DNA from: a virus
Taxonomy: Duplodnaviria > Caudoviricetes
DNA length: 61,751 nt
Reading direction: 5' to 3' (one strand)
Virus record (IMG/VR): IMGVR_UViG_3300012952_000024
Coordinates: 1-61,751 of that record
Within the stretch, counting starts at the first letter, position 1; each line of letters begins with the position of its first letter. The notes under the pieces were generated by a model. That model ran no database searches, was not told the origin of the DNA, and saw only the letters and a list, made by a program, of their open reading frames with translations. Position numbers and translations under genes: made by a program. This document shows positions 30,501 to 40,100 of the stretch, piece after piece.

Positions 30501-32745
30501 TCATATAACTGAGGATGATGACATGTGGAAATCTGGACTGCTTAATTTTGAGTTGTTTGAAATGTCAGAGGAGGAGTGTCTTGATGTTGGACTCTCTAAA
30601 CATAAGGGAGACGATGAAGATAAAAAAGAAGTTCCAATGCCACAGCGGTTTTGGAAAAAGAATTTAAAAGAGTATCCATATAATTCCAACAACAACGAGG
30701 ATACGGGCTGGTACCGCCCGGAAGTATCTGAAGGAGACAAATCATTATCTGAAAATGTTGATTTACCAGCAGACCAATATGGAATGGCAGCATACTATAT
30801 GCACCAACAGTACCAGAAAGGCTGGGCTCGCATGGCCGACGAATACTTACCCGGCCCCGGCAATCCGTGTGAAGAGCAGGTAAGCGCTGATATTTTTGAC
30901 TGGCAATCGATCCGTGATCATAAAATGGCAGCATATGAATATCTAGATGATGATCCGCGAGTATCTGCGAATCCTCAATGTGCTTGGGATCCTCCATATA
31001 ACAGGATTAATACTAGAGAATCTGTAGCGACGATGGAAATGTTGATTAAAGCGACGATGAGAGTATCAATATTTGAGAAGCTTATTAAATCGATACCTGC
31101 GTTTACAAAGTTCAATCCCAGTACCGGGTGCTACGGAGATCTGTTGCCAGCTTATATGTTTAAACATATGAGAGAGACCTTGTTTCATCTTTCTCGCAAA
31201 AGGACAATTTGGGGCAATCTTGGCTCTTTAATGGACGCTCATCGAAGATATGATTATGCATTCTTAGAGCAGTGTTGCAGTATGTATGTCCGCGCTGTTG
31301 CTCGCGGCGAGATCGATGAAGATGTCGAAATGATCAAACTTATCGACCAGATTGATGAAGCTAATACAAGAATTTATAGACAACCTCATGTCGACTGGTT
31401 TCATAGTGTTGAAAAGGCAACAAGAAGAAAAGTCCTAGAAGAAACAGAGCCGCAAGCAACTCAGATAGCACAACAACTTTTCACCAAGGAATTTGAGCAC
31501 GCTACAGAAAAGTTTGCCAATTGGACAGGGGCAACTGTAGATAATCTACAAAAACACTTTTTGTATGGAAATTTAAATCTTAACGGCGCCTCAACTTCGG
31601 CCACAATAACCGATGTAGCTAAAAATCTAACTGAAAAAAGACTCACTGAATCCATTGGTCAGGACGGTGCAACCTTCACCGGCGACTTTGAATATCTACA
31701 AAATGGAGGATTTGTCGTTGAAAAATATTTAATTGTAGAAGAACATGAGACTCCAGTAGAGGAAGTGACGGAACGAGATTCCAACTTGTTTGGGATAGTA
31801 AACATGGAAGACTGGAAGGCGTGGATAGAAGAGAACGATAACTTTAGTTTTGTGGGCTCTCAGACAGACGAAGAAACTGGCGAAGAAAGTGATATTGAAA
31901 CCAGCAGAGAAATCGGAGAATTATTTAAATCATGGAAATACGGACTCAGACTCTGCTATGTTCCGTCTATCCATGCCGAGAAACACCTTTTAGAGAAAAC
32001 ACAAAATATAAGTGACGAATATGCGAAAAATAATAAGGCTTTCAAAGTAGATCTCAATGATTCGCTCACTAACGCGTTTGTACCTCTCATTCCTATAGCC
32101 AAAACAGAGATTGAAATTCCAGCTGGATTAAGAATTGGCGACTTTGATGTTGTAGATGATTATGATTTTGATTGTTTGGTTGAACAGTTTTTAGAAGATC
32201 CTGAGTTTAAAGCACTTTTTGAGTATACTTTTTCTCTAGAAAGATTCTTGTCTGTTCCGACCATTTATATGGCTCACTGTTTTCTGCACTCTATTGGCCT
32301 AGATGATGATTGGTATACTGCGAACCGTCCCGGAGATGTTTCCGGCCTTGCTGGAGATCCTGTCGACGGCTGGTTCGATTATTTTATGAGGGGCTGGCAA
32401 CATCGCAATGGCCCCGGCAGAAAAACCGGAGACTTCTTCTTGTTTACAGAAGGTTTAGAAAGAAAGTATGTTAGCTACAGAAACTGGAAAAAGATTCCTA
32501 CCGATGCAAACCCTTCGCCATGTTTCAATGAAACTAGGGAGCTTTTAAGAGATATGTTTATGGGCGAATATGAGTTTTCTAATCGTGTCAAAGGTAGATT
32601 TAGGCTTCCAAAATTCAAAATAAACTTTAGCTTCCAATTTGGAATTGAAATGGGCTCGTGGTTCAAGAATCGCATGCTTCCCGGCCCAGACTGCGAAGAA
32701 GAGCTTGGCGCTAAAGCAGCTGCAGCTGCATATAATAGGCTATAA
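24514..32745 (+). CDS. giant acidic virion-associated protein (2743 aa), function unknown
   Basis: Single ORF between the spike-like gene and gp25. D/E-rich, Cys-containing N-terminus, central hydrophobic helical segment. Confidence 0.6.
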   Translation: MQKSKTEMTDAETAQATAEELSLDDLETEVEAVEEGDELTASDIFPCEDDDKVDCGDTSAEICPCEPNPDYPDHLIPDWKSRIRPYFNPKTCHYCITHWTDFTLDDWAELTENITNDPTRADYTEEELSEAFAEWIEETVKPTAIRPALASLVKYYNKDLNWEGLHESCEDALEPYVAEAKNRLGGGIAESDDAVDDVEVTRSADKYYDPDGEELEESPYQGKKDKGWSGDRYWDETTWEEDAGEEPWGWLSKRKFWQTYDVLEYDFSGTTMVTESKYRDLKVSDIDGNKEKGTFLANRLSAVYGQSTASKLDDIIEELAKTHSEEADEQIPAHNYDTYYTDRQGEMRDFVVNYVQSFENQTNPLRVDLRGNFYIWHAEDEYFVPFHGTKASKQSQQRATALFELMAYRILMLYFEDSAISDYDKKYIESWSEKAQEIAEKYEFPFDTTAKYDWETWDDIAELVFTEESDTSEATEETDEYADEESTTTEWSSMVAPTYSAEVGASEFMEDITQDQAWMYDVAASPLGTYMLENDLVETSEWYVSPIEDARIKVLVCIPAAVFDLIGNPSSDPSDSQPYSVFNELAEEGLAPRSPVEVEFTTEEVADGLFDRSAWLLRHYASKRLPMSYTDGATVVLETFEDTGIPEVDEIQLTEEFLESIGYEFEVPLELQTLGADDIGDYEHAVTQKRLNAWNEYINARGLANYGTMLTSADLEVQADNLKEFKGKLWDLLRANTDGWAISYLHEHNKRSGIEKIKIRFSETYEILSVTYNHRSCPPKTLTSHEHYKVLEQEMYEDEDYQHNPFINPEFMVAEGWSDFADSKVGKDPRTCAYIASLPYMDFTAQATTPMEWQDFITLFTYPRVAIGNFNEARDNDLCRAELGDTLGNILEEGFDVFINVMTQKFDQQLCKTFEEGSEEWSEWVNRYKSKDYRDRRVLGDHSHLSGTKVPSPFWKDADKAWESTKRSIRADHPFVDNFLDSIDLIKNSGDLWDLAIFRLGRCGLLHFIDTMFQCLFAGIDFGDILEKALRSALKNMEIEFFKRLLVGLPPWVQNEIAAIANEGLEDNLQDWRPWDSEVDDKYQQRTEQFLKDRAVEVEMNKANEALQENPQTIEEQDTSQQTALEAGTMPGEDSSTDTYSSIRSVHATDERAAAMAAAEESAADASEAVGTFMGGREQRETKTLGSILVDSGAMDAIKEAYIDALFDVFQPEELLDLLEQIPGMVFLKQLFDLSKCPGVSIFHPPLKGWFNDLNKAFSEWDPGLLFWCTKPLYIPELILDRPFMIWDWLKALAQLLLDALEAALLKAVMTMIKMLIEYVLELLCNLMSAVGAAAMTAVGLMEPNEFQDLMKDLFCGGGTSDAEAQQALGTALAAMGVTGETTEEELRFAGEEFSAYTGDIFSQIPAISAISLLSGTATDEQARVVADKYARSDTRFASSLGNPAAVKKFFRQMGQAFMGQEAIDGLRDAYVEKLKCSLAAPDSATPLCSLDAGKQAIKDAFSALKIPSPHSDDLADQAVSPIDDAISSALEAGTSQDLGDTLEAMGSLDPCFAAHPGSIVPKDDEATMAAAAGAAEGETDMLQNTYEQELIYHGGLFDRILSDKDGRGKRLHDQNIMRLLRNHIAGNPKNIATYLRDIMSGDRSSIAVGETTAGDAVYDSIGGSFDYMRFKPVTGIGDHIVKNAWNKSWPNSFVKLSDNAPGYCWEYGKYYTDEYKMGEEFESVSDIEKVYQGDNAEEYYGWANVSYPSQIVAETGEDNYPSGSMFRKYTIGPKEGSTHYYPDPHAVLEFMGSDPSGGNASDELAGYPAFHFHYWNEERNGVDTNNTHWNNADDELSIDIAKMHIMMLVPKNPGGGISRSQDASSQGEYTLDFDRDQRGNIMSWANAFGPQSDSRNTSQKGRVTVDPIIRVTKKIDSDVLEYINNELGVETPKDKMQKPSVWATKLMNSINDGLSSSGHDASELLTTDSADGLYNSFYQDEYDKLCQDFMEQYSLHITEDDDMWKSGLLNFELFEMSEEECLDVGLSKHKGDDEDKKEVPMPQRFWKKNLKEYPYNSNNNEDTGWYRPEVSEGDKSLSENVDLPADQYGMAAYYMHQQYQKGWARMADEYLPGPGNPCEEQVSADIFDWQSIRDHKMAAYEYLDDDPRVSANPQCAWDPPYNRINTRESVATMEMLIKATMRVSIFEKLIKSIPAFTKFNPSTGCYGDLLPAYMFKHMRETLFHLSRKRTIWGNLGSLMDAHRRYDYAFLEQCCSMYVRAVARGEIDEDVEMIKLIDQIDEANTRIYRQPHVDWFHSVEKATRRKVLEETEPQATQIAQQLFTKEFEHATEKFANWTGATVDNLQKHFLYGNLNLNGASTSATITDVAKNLTEKRLTESIGQDGATFTGDFEYLQNGGFVVEKYLIVEEHETPVEEVTERDSNLFGIVNMEDWKAWIEENDNFSFVGSQTDEETGEESDIETSREIGELFKSWKYGLRLCYVPSIHAEKHLLEKTQNISDEYAKNNKAFKVDLNDSLTNAFVPLIPIAKTEIEIPAGLRIGDFDVVDDYDFDCLVEQFLEDPEFKALFEYTFSLERFLSVPTIYMAHCFLHSIGLDDDWYTANRPGDVSGLAGDPVDGWFDYFMRGWQHRNGPGRKTGDFFLFTEGLERKYVSYRNWKKIPTDANPSPCFNETRELLRDMFMGEYEFSNRVKGRFRLPKFKINFSFQFGIEMGSWFKNRMLPGPDCEEELGAKAAAAAYNRL

Positions 32746-32758
32746 AACTATTTTGAGG

Positions 32759-32768
32759 CCTAATTAAT
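32759..32768 (+). promoter_or_regulatory. candidate phage late-promoter motif CCTAATTAAT
   Basis: Intergenic, upstream of the GGAGG SD of the gp25-like gene. Confidence 0.35.
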
Positions 32769-32789
32769 TTGTAGCAACGGAGGTTCATC

Positions 32790-33467
32790 ATGCCGGCATA
32801 CGGATACTCACCTAGAATTTTGCCCTTTGCGCCAGATAAAACGACTGGATTTACGCAAAATATGAGCCTTCAGCAGGTCGCTAGTCAAAATTTAATAAAC
32901 CTTATTTTGTGCGTCCCTGGAGAACGGATTATGCATGCAGGCTTTGGAGTTGGTTTAAGAAATTATTTGTTTCGGATGAATAATAGTAGAACCAGAACTC
33001 ATCTAAAGACGAGAATAAAAGCACAAGTTGCAGATTATCTTCCTTATATCGAAATTGTGAATATTTCGTTTGACGGATCGGATATAGATTCGTATTTGTT
33101 AAAAATAGATTTATCTTATGCAATAAGAGGATTAAAATGTGCCCCCGGCTCATCGAGAACTATCTTTGGTATGTCGTTTCTTTTTTCACAAAATGGCGCC
33201 CTCGGCAAGATCGTCGAATACGGAGAAGATTTTGAAGGCTGGGCCGGATCAGCAGACACCATTGGTGGCGTTCACGAACCCGGAGGAGGATCCACTCCCT
33301 TATCCCCAGAAGCCGCCGCAGAAGCTAGCGGTGTAGGCATACCAGAAGAGGCTTGTTATAATCCCACAACAGGCTATTGGTCACACCCCGACACTCATGA
33401 GGAGACAGCGTTTGATGAAGATGCTTGGGAAGGGTGCTGGGATGAGACTCTCGGGGAACCCTGCTAG
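32790..33467 (+). CDS. baseplate wedge subunit, GPW/gp25 family, with C-terminal extension
   Basis: 'QNLINLILCVPGERIMHAGFGVGLRNYLF...IKAQVADYLPYIEIVNI'. Confidence 0.85.
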   Translation: MPAYGYSPRILPFAPDKTTGFTQNMSLQQVASQNLINLILCVPGERIMHAGFGVGLRNYLFRMNNSRTRTHLKTRIKAQVADYLPYIEIVNISFDGSDIDSYLLKIDLSYAIRGLKCAPGSSRTIFGMSFLFSQNGALGKIVEYGEDFEGWAGSADTIGGVHEPGGGSTPLSPEAAAEASGVGIPEEACYNPTTGYWSHPDTHEETAFDEDAWEGCWDETLGEPC

Positions 33468-33495
33468 CAAATACACACATTAGGAAACATTCAGA

Positions 33496-35295
33496 ATGTC
33501 AAGAAAAATAGTGCCAATTAAATACACAAGTAGAGAATTTAATTCTATCAAGAGAGATTTGACGGAATATGCCAAGAGGTACTATCCAGACAGCTTTCAA
33601 GACTTTAGTGAAGCCTCATTTGGCTCGCTAATGATGGACACTGTCGCTTATGTCGGCGATGTGCTGTCTTTCTACTTAGACTATCAAGCAAATGAATCTT
33701 TTCTCGATACGGCAGTAGAGTATAACAACATAATTAGACATGGCCGTCAGCTGGGATACAAACCGCCCGGAGTCCCGAGTAGTTTCGGAGAAGTATCTCT
33801 ATATTTAATGATTCCGGCCAACGCCACAGGCCTAGGCCCGGATTTAAGCTACTTGCCAATAATGAAAGCCGCCTCCAGTTTTCGCTCGCCAAGCGGAACC
33901 TTTACTCTTATAAACGATGTGAGTTTTTTAGACACCAATGTAGAATTTGTAGCTGGAAAAATAGACGCGTCTACGGGAGTGCCAACTCATTATGCAGCCA
34001 AAACTACAGGAAATGTCATTTCCGGAGAAACAGTTTCGAAAACAGTTTCTGTGGGAGACTTTACAAAATTTAAGAGAGTTCGAGTCGGGACAAGAAATAT
34101 CGCCGAAGTGATCTCCGTGGTCGATTCCGATGGCAACGAATATTACGAAGTTGAACATCTTTCACAAAATGTTATTTACAAGCCAGTGTTAAATACAAAC
34201 TCTGACAATGATATAGTAACGAATATTTTAAAACCAGTGCTCGCGCCAAGGCGGTTCACTGTTGAAAGAAATGGAAATTCGATGTTTTTACAATTTGGAC
34301 ATGGTTCCAGCGAAGAACTAGTTCAGAAAAGCGTAAAAGATCCTAAAAATATTATTTTGAACCTACATGCAAAAGATTATTATACAGACAGAGAATTCGA
34401 TCCCTCAAAGTTATTATTAACCGACAAATTTGGCATCGCGCCCTCAAATACGACTTTAACTGTGACCTACAGGGTTAATTCCGTTAACGGTACTGCAGCA
34501 GCAGCAGGCGCAATTAATGCGATTCGCAACATAAATCTAGAATTCGCCAATGTGGATGTCTTGTCTGCAAATAAAATAAACCGGTTAAAAGGAAGCGCAG
34601 AAGTGATAAACGACAAAGCAATAACAGGAGTGTTAACGGAAACATCATCTTCAGATTTGAAAAGAAGAATTATGGGCCACTTCGCCGCTCAAAATCGAGC
34701 AGTAACTAGACAAGATTATTTGGCATTGTTGTATACCATGCCCGCAGAATTTGGTTCTGTAGCTAGAGCTAATATCTTGAGAGATCCGGACTCCTTAAAG
34801 AGGAATTTAAACCTTTATGTAATTGGCCACTCTTCTCGTGGATTCCTACAGACGCTGACTATCACAGCAAAAGAGAATATAAAAACTTGGCTCAACGAAA
34901 ATAAAATGATCAATGATACAATTGACATTATGGACGCAAAAGTTGTCAATTATGGTATAAGGTTTGTCGTAAAAGCACACCCCCAATCAGATAAAAATGC
35001 AGTATACAATCGTTGTCGAACCCTGTTGGCTAAAAAGTTCGCTGGCACCAACAATGTACTAGACATTGGAGAGCCGCTGTATATATCAAGCATGTATACT
35101 ATGCTGAATAGAGTCCGTGGAGTTTTGGATGTTAAAAGCATAAAAATCGTTCCCCGCTGGGGAGCAGGATATTCAGATAAGCATTTTGATTTTGATGGGC
35201 GGAAATCAGCCGACGGAACATATGTTTCGACACCCGATAATGTAGTTCTAGAGCTAAGATTTCCAAAAGCAGACATTCGAGGAACAGTTAAATAA
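33496..35295 (+). CDS. baseplate wedge subunit, T4 gp6/Baseplate-J-like
   Basis: 'YTSREFNSIKRDL..Y...DFSEASFGSLMMDTVAYVGDVLSFYLDYQANESFL', 'LQFGHG', 'AQNRAVTRQDY'. Confidence 0.88.
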   Translation: MSRKIVPIKYTSREFNSIKRDLTEYAKRYYPDSFQDFSEASFGSLMMDTVAYVGDVLSFYLDYQANESFLDTAVEYNNIIRHGRQLGYKPPGVPSSFGEVSLYLMIPANATGLGPDLSYLPIMKAASSFRSPSGTFTLINDVSFLDTNVEFVAGKIDASTGVPTHYAAKTTGNVISGETVSKTVSVGDFTKFKRVRVGTRNIAEVISVVDSDGNEYYEVEHLSQNVIYKPVLNTNSDNDIVTNILKPVLAPRRFTVERNGNSMFLQFGHGSSEELVQKSVKDPKNIILNLHAKDYYTDREFDPSKLLLTDKFGIAPSNTTLTVTYRVNSVNGTAAAAGAINAIRNINLEFANVDVLSANKINRLKGSAEVINDKAITGVLTETSSSDLKRRIMGHFAAQNRAVTRQDYLALLYTMPAEFGSVARANILRDPDSLKRNLNLYVIGHSSRGFLQTLTITAKENIKTWLNENKMINDTIDIMDAKVVNYGIRFVVKAHPQSDKNAVYNRCRTLLAKKFAGTNNVLDIGEPLYISSMYTMLNRVRGVLDVKSIKIVPRWGAGYSDKHFDFDGRKSADGTYVSTPDNVVLELRFPKADIRGTVK

Positions 35296-37175
35296 TGGCA
35301 ATAAAAAGATATGTCGCAATTGCAGACACCACAATAACAAACGCCTTCAAGTCAGATCTCACAACTAGAGGAACCGGCTCGAACATGGGCGCGTCTGATA
35401 TATTAGAATGTTTTGCCATATACGCACAAGCGTCTTCTTCATCGGGATTATCATCCGAAGTCGCCCGGGCACTAATAAAGTTCGATACAGCTCAGGTAGC
35501 ATCCGATCGGACAGCTGGTGTAATCCCAGCCAGCGGATCGGTTAGCTGGTATTTAAAGCTTTATAATGCTCCACACTCGCAAGGCACGCCTCACCACATG
35601 TTTGTGGAAACACATGCCCTCGCCACTGCGTGGGACGAAGGCCGCGGCCTTGACATGGAAGACTATGGTTATGATGGATATGCAAACTGGGTGGTTGCGA
35701 AGTCGGGCTCTTCAGGAATTGGAACGGTGGCTACGGCAACCATTACAGCCGTGGCCGAAGCGTCGATTGTCGATACTAAAGATTTCACACTAACTGACAC
35801 CGCTGGTACTACAACAACATATAATCTTTCTACAGGAACAGCCACCGGCGGAAACACGGCCGCCTATACTCCCGGAACCACTGTTACAGTTGGTCTTGTT
35901 GGAACTACTTCGGCAGCAGATGTTGCCGCTCAAATCATTGCAAGAATTAACGCCGGCACCTCCATAGGGTTTTCGGCTTCCGCAGACGCCGGCGACATAA
36001 CTGTAACGCAAAACACACCAGGGGTTTCCGGAAACAGAACAAATACAGATGAGGGCACTGGCCTGACTGTCGGTAATTTCACTGGCGGCGACGGAACAGC
36101 AGAATGGACTGCGCAGGGCGGTGACTGGGTCGCCGCTAATGATAATGGAAAGTACGGACAATTGACAGCCTCGTTTGACTCTGGGATAGAAGATATAGAG
36201 ATAGATATATCTGATCTTGTAGAAGTGGGCTGGCTAGCCGGAGGAATAACAAACAACGGCATAATGGTGAAAATGCCAGCACACACGGAAACTGCGAAAT
36301 CTTCTTCTTATACCAAAAGATTTTTCGGTAGAGAATCTCACTTTTTTTATCGCCGACCACAGATTGAAGCAAGATGGGATAGTTCGGTAAAAGATGATAG
36401 AAGCAATTTTTATTTAAGCAGTTCGCTAGCCAGTTCTGAGAACATTAATAATCTCTACTTATACAATTATATTAGAGGTCAGATGAAGTCGATCGACATT
36501 CCGGCTGGAAAATCTTTAATTGTTAAAATATATTCTGGCTCTTCGGGCCCATCCGGCGACGCACTCAAAATTAAAAATATTAATAATTCCTCTCAATATT
36601 CGGTTTCTGCAAACGAATCCACTACTGGCGTTTATAAAGTTCAGCTTCAGTGTACAAGTTCGATCAAAACAACAGAATCATTATATGATGTGTGGCTTTT
36701 TGGCTCAGATGGAGCATGGGAAGAAGTGCACACAGGTTCAGCGATTAGTCCAAAGAAATTTGATTCTGGATGGGCATACACGGCAGATCCGACCATCGAC
36801 TATGTGATTAATTGTGTTAATCTTAAAAGCGAATATTCTAGAAATGAAAAATCACGATTTAGGTTTTTTGCAAGGAAGAAAAATTGGCAGCCGACAGTTT
36901 ACACAAAAGCAACATCTACTCTACCCAGCGAAGTAATGGAGTCTGGCTCTTATAATATTAAGAGAGTTGTCGATGATCTAGATGTGATTCCCTACGGAAC
37001 GGGCTCTTTGGCCCATACACTTATGTCCTACGATTCGTCGGGCAGCTTTTTCGACTTAGACATGTCTTTGTTTGAACCGGGCTATTCATATTATATTCGG
37101 TTAGCATACTATAATGGCTCAATCGGAGATTGGATCGAGCTTAATAACAAGTTTAAATTTAGAGTTGAAGAGTAA
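35295..37175 (+). CDS. structural protein with a DNRLRE-like beta-sandwich and an inserted Thr/Gly-rich module
   Basis: 'ADTTI', 'RALIKFD', 'W.EG.G', 'GGDW', 'NNGIMVK', 'RRPQIEARWD'. Follows gp6. Confidence 0.6.
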   Translation: MAIKRYVAIADTTITNAFKSDLTTRGTGSNMGASDILECFAIYAQASSSSGLSSEVARALIKFDTAQVASDRTAGVIPASGSVSWYLKLYNAPHSQGTPHHMFVETHALATAWDEGRGLDMEDYGYDGYANWVVAKSGSSGIGTVATATITAVAEASIVDTKDFTLTDTAGTTTTYNLSTGTATGGNTAAYTPGTTVTVGLVGTTSAADVAAQIIARINAGTSIGFSASADAGDITVTQNTPGVSGNRTNTDEGTGLTVGNFTGGDGTAEWTAQGGDWVAANDNGKYGQLTASFDSGIEDIEIDISDLVEVGWLAGGITNNGIMVKMPAHTETAKSSSYTKRFFGRESHFFYRRPQIEARWDSSVKDDRSNFYLSSSLASSENINNLYLYNYIRGQMKSIDIPAGKSLIVKIYSGSSGPSGDALKIKNINNSSQYSVSANESTTGVYKVQLQCTSSIKTTESLYDVWLFGSDGAWEEVHTGSAISPKKFDSGWAYTADPTIDYVINCVNLKSEYSRNEKSRFRFFARKKNWQPTVYTKATSTLPSEVMESGSYNIKRVVDDLDVIPYGTGSLAHTLMSYDSSGSFFDLDMSLFEPGYSYYIRLAYYNGSIGDWIELNNKFKFRVEE

Positions 37176-37184
37176 TTATAAAAT

Positions 37185-40100
37185 ATGAGTGATATCAAAA
37201 AACTATTCAATAAAGAAAGCAACAAGAAAATTCTTTCCAACCAGACTGGCGAAACTTTAAGTCAAGAAGTTGAGTCTGAGCGCCTTGTCGATACTGCGAT
37301 AAAGAGGCGGGAAAGGTTCTTAACACATGTTCGATATCATCCGGCCTCTGCGTCGAATTTCGCTATATACGGCTCAGCAAAAAAATATTATGAAGATGCC
37401 ATTTCGTATATAGCTCAAGAATATCCTTATGATGGTTCTGCGGCTGAAAAAAATGAGTGGCACCTATCTGCTTCGCAATTGGACCTTTATATTTTTAACG
37501 AGATGTATCCAAAAACAACTGGATATGTAACTCTTTCTTCCGATGGTTGGGGAACTCGTTCAGGCGCAATAACCTCGGACTACGGTACTCCGTCGACGAC
37601 TGAGTATATACAAATAAAAGGTTCTCTTAACACAGGTTCGGCCGATACTATGGTTGAGCATTTCCACACGCATAAGCCCGGCGTTGGTTCGAATATTTAC
37701 GAAACTGCGGCGGAGCTTAGCGCCTCGCACGGTACCGGTCTGTATGGGTCTAGAGAAGCAAATTTAAAAACAGATTTGGATGAAGGTGTGACGATCGAGT
37801 TTTGGCTTAAAAAGTCGGCATTCGATGTATCTAAAACTACAAAAGAAGTGGTTTTTGACCTGTGGAATGGCCGGAATATAGCTAATGCTGATTATGGCCG
37901 GCTAATCGTTGAGCTTAAAGGAGACGCCGGAGCTTCTCCATTTGTTATCACTTGTGCCTCTGGTTCTGACGGATTTACAAGACAGACAATCGGAATCTCT
38001 CCCACGACAACATCGGTTCAATCGTGGAACCATTATGCAATATCGGTCAAAAATCACGGAGACAATGTTCGAACCAGACTCTATATAAACGGAAGTTTAG
38101 ATGATGAAAAATTACTCGGCACAGACATTTCCGAAATAACCGGCTCTTTGGTTGCTAACATCGGAGCTTTACGAACTAGTCCCGTTTCTGGAGTAAGCAT
38201 ATCCCAAGGATCCGGCAAGCTGATAGGCTCTATAGACGAGTTTAGGTTTTGGAAAACCGAAAGGACACATAAAGAAGTTGGTAGACACTATTGGACACAA
38301 GTTAACGGAGGAACAAACACAGATCCTTCTAATACCGACTTGGGACTATACTACAAATTTAATGAAGGAACCACAGGATATGCAGAAATAGATCAGGTTG
38401 TTTTAGATTATTCGGGACGAATTACAAATGGTTATTGGTACGGCTATCCGGGCTCTGCTGCCCGAGCCTCTGGTTCTGCAATCGTTGAATCCTCAACCGC
38501 GCCACTGGAGACGGCAGATCCGATTATACATGCAGAGCATCCGGATGTAATTACGCTTAAATCAAATTTGGCCGCCAGCGGCTCTTTGTGGGATGACAGC
38601 AACAATTCTCTTCTTTATAATTCCATGCCGGCATGGATTTTTGAATACCAGGAAGAAAAGAAGAGTAAAGATCTAGAAAATTTGGTCCAAACCATGGCTT
38701 CTTATTTTGATAAGCTTCACGGCCAGATCGCAAATGTTAACAGGCTTAAAAATGTAGTATATCCTAGCTCCAGCGTTAAGCCATTGCCATTTGCTAACAA
38801 GCTTATCGAACATATGGGACTTTCCTCGGGCGAATTATTCGAAAATGTAGAGATTATAGAAAAACTATTAGCCAGAAGTGAGACACAAAAATACGATCTA
38901 GAACTTCATGATATTAAGAACTCGATATATCAGAATGTTTACAATAACTTATCCAACATCTATAAATCAAAGGGAACAGAGAAATCATTTAGAAATTTGA
39001 TTAGATGTTTTGGTGTTGATGACGAAATACTTAAGTTAAACTTATATGGCGATAACATAACATATAAGCTAAGAGACAACTATAAAACCATCAAAAAAAC
39101 AAGGAAATATGCCAATTTTAATGTAAAGAACCGATTTGATGCAACAGTGTATCAATATACAGAATCTGGCAACTCGAACTCAGTCAACTACATAACGGGC
39201 TCCGATACTGACGATAGAGAGGCTTACCTTGGAATGTCTATGGAAGTAGAGGCTCTCTTTCCCAAAAAGTTTAAATTCGGAGAGCCCGGATATTTTAAGG
39301 CAGACTTCACAGATGTTTCTATCTTTGGATCCCACACAGTAGGTTCGGACGACACAAGTTATACAACGCCCACTCCTGACCCTGCGGCATTCCATGTAAT
39401 GGCCGTAAAGACTGATACAGAGTCGAAAGATGTTTATTTTAAACTCACTTCTCCTGCAACCTCCCCAATTCCAGAACTTACGAGTAGTGTGTTCGGCAAT
39501 GTATATGATAACGAAAAGTGGAATTTTGCACTTCGAATCAAACCGGATAGCTACCCCATAGCAGATGGCGTCCGTCGTGAATTCACGCGCGCAACTGCTA
39601 CTTTTACTTTTTCTGGAGCGGCCACCGTTAACAGTACAATTGCGCTCACTTCTCACGATGGCACATTTAAGACTTATAAAGCAGCCACTAACGGCTCTAC
39701 AACAAATGGAACAGTTTCTGGTTCCGACATATTATATAATGCCGGTACTTCTGCATCGACCGCGGCAACGAATTTAAAAGAAGCAATAGAGCATGGCAAC
39801 GGGCATGCCGGTAAAATAGCGGTTATTGCAAACTCTTCCGCCGGCGTCATATTAGCAACGCAGAAATCCCCCGGAATCGCCGGAAACACAGCAATAACAA
39901 CCGCAGCATCATTTAATTCGGCCTGCAGCGTTAACCCACCATCCTTCTTCACTGGCGCCACAGGCGATTCATATACTTTAGAATTTAGAGGTGTTGCAAA
40001 CATACTCGATACAACTTATAGGCAATTTAGTTTAACTTCGTCTCTCACCGCACAAGAAGCGATCAATTTTCTATCTTCTAGCAAGAGAGTTTTTATTGGA

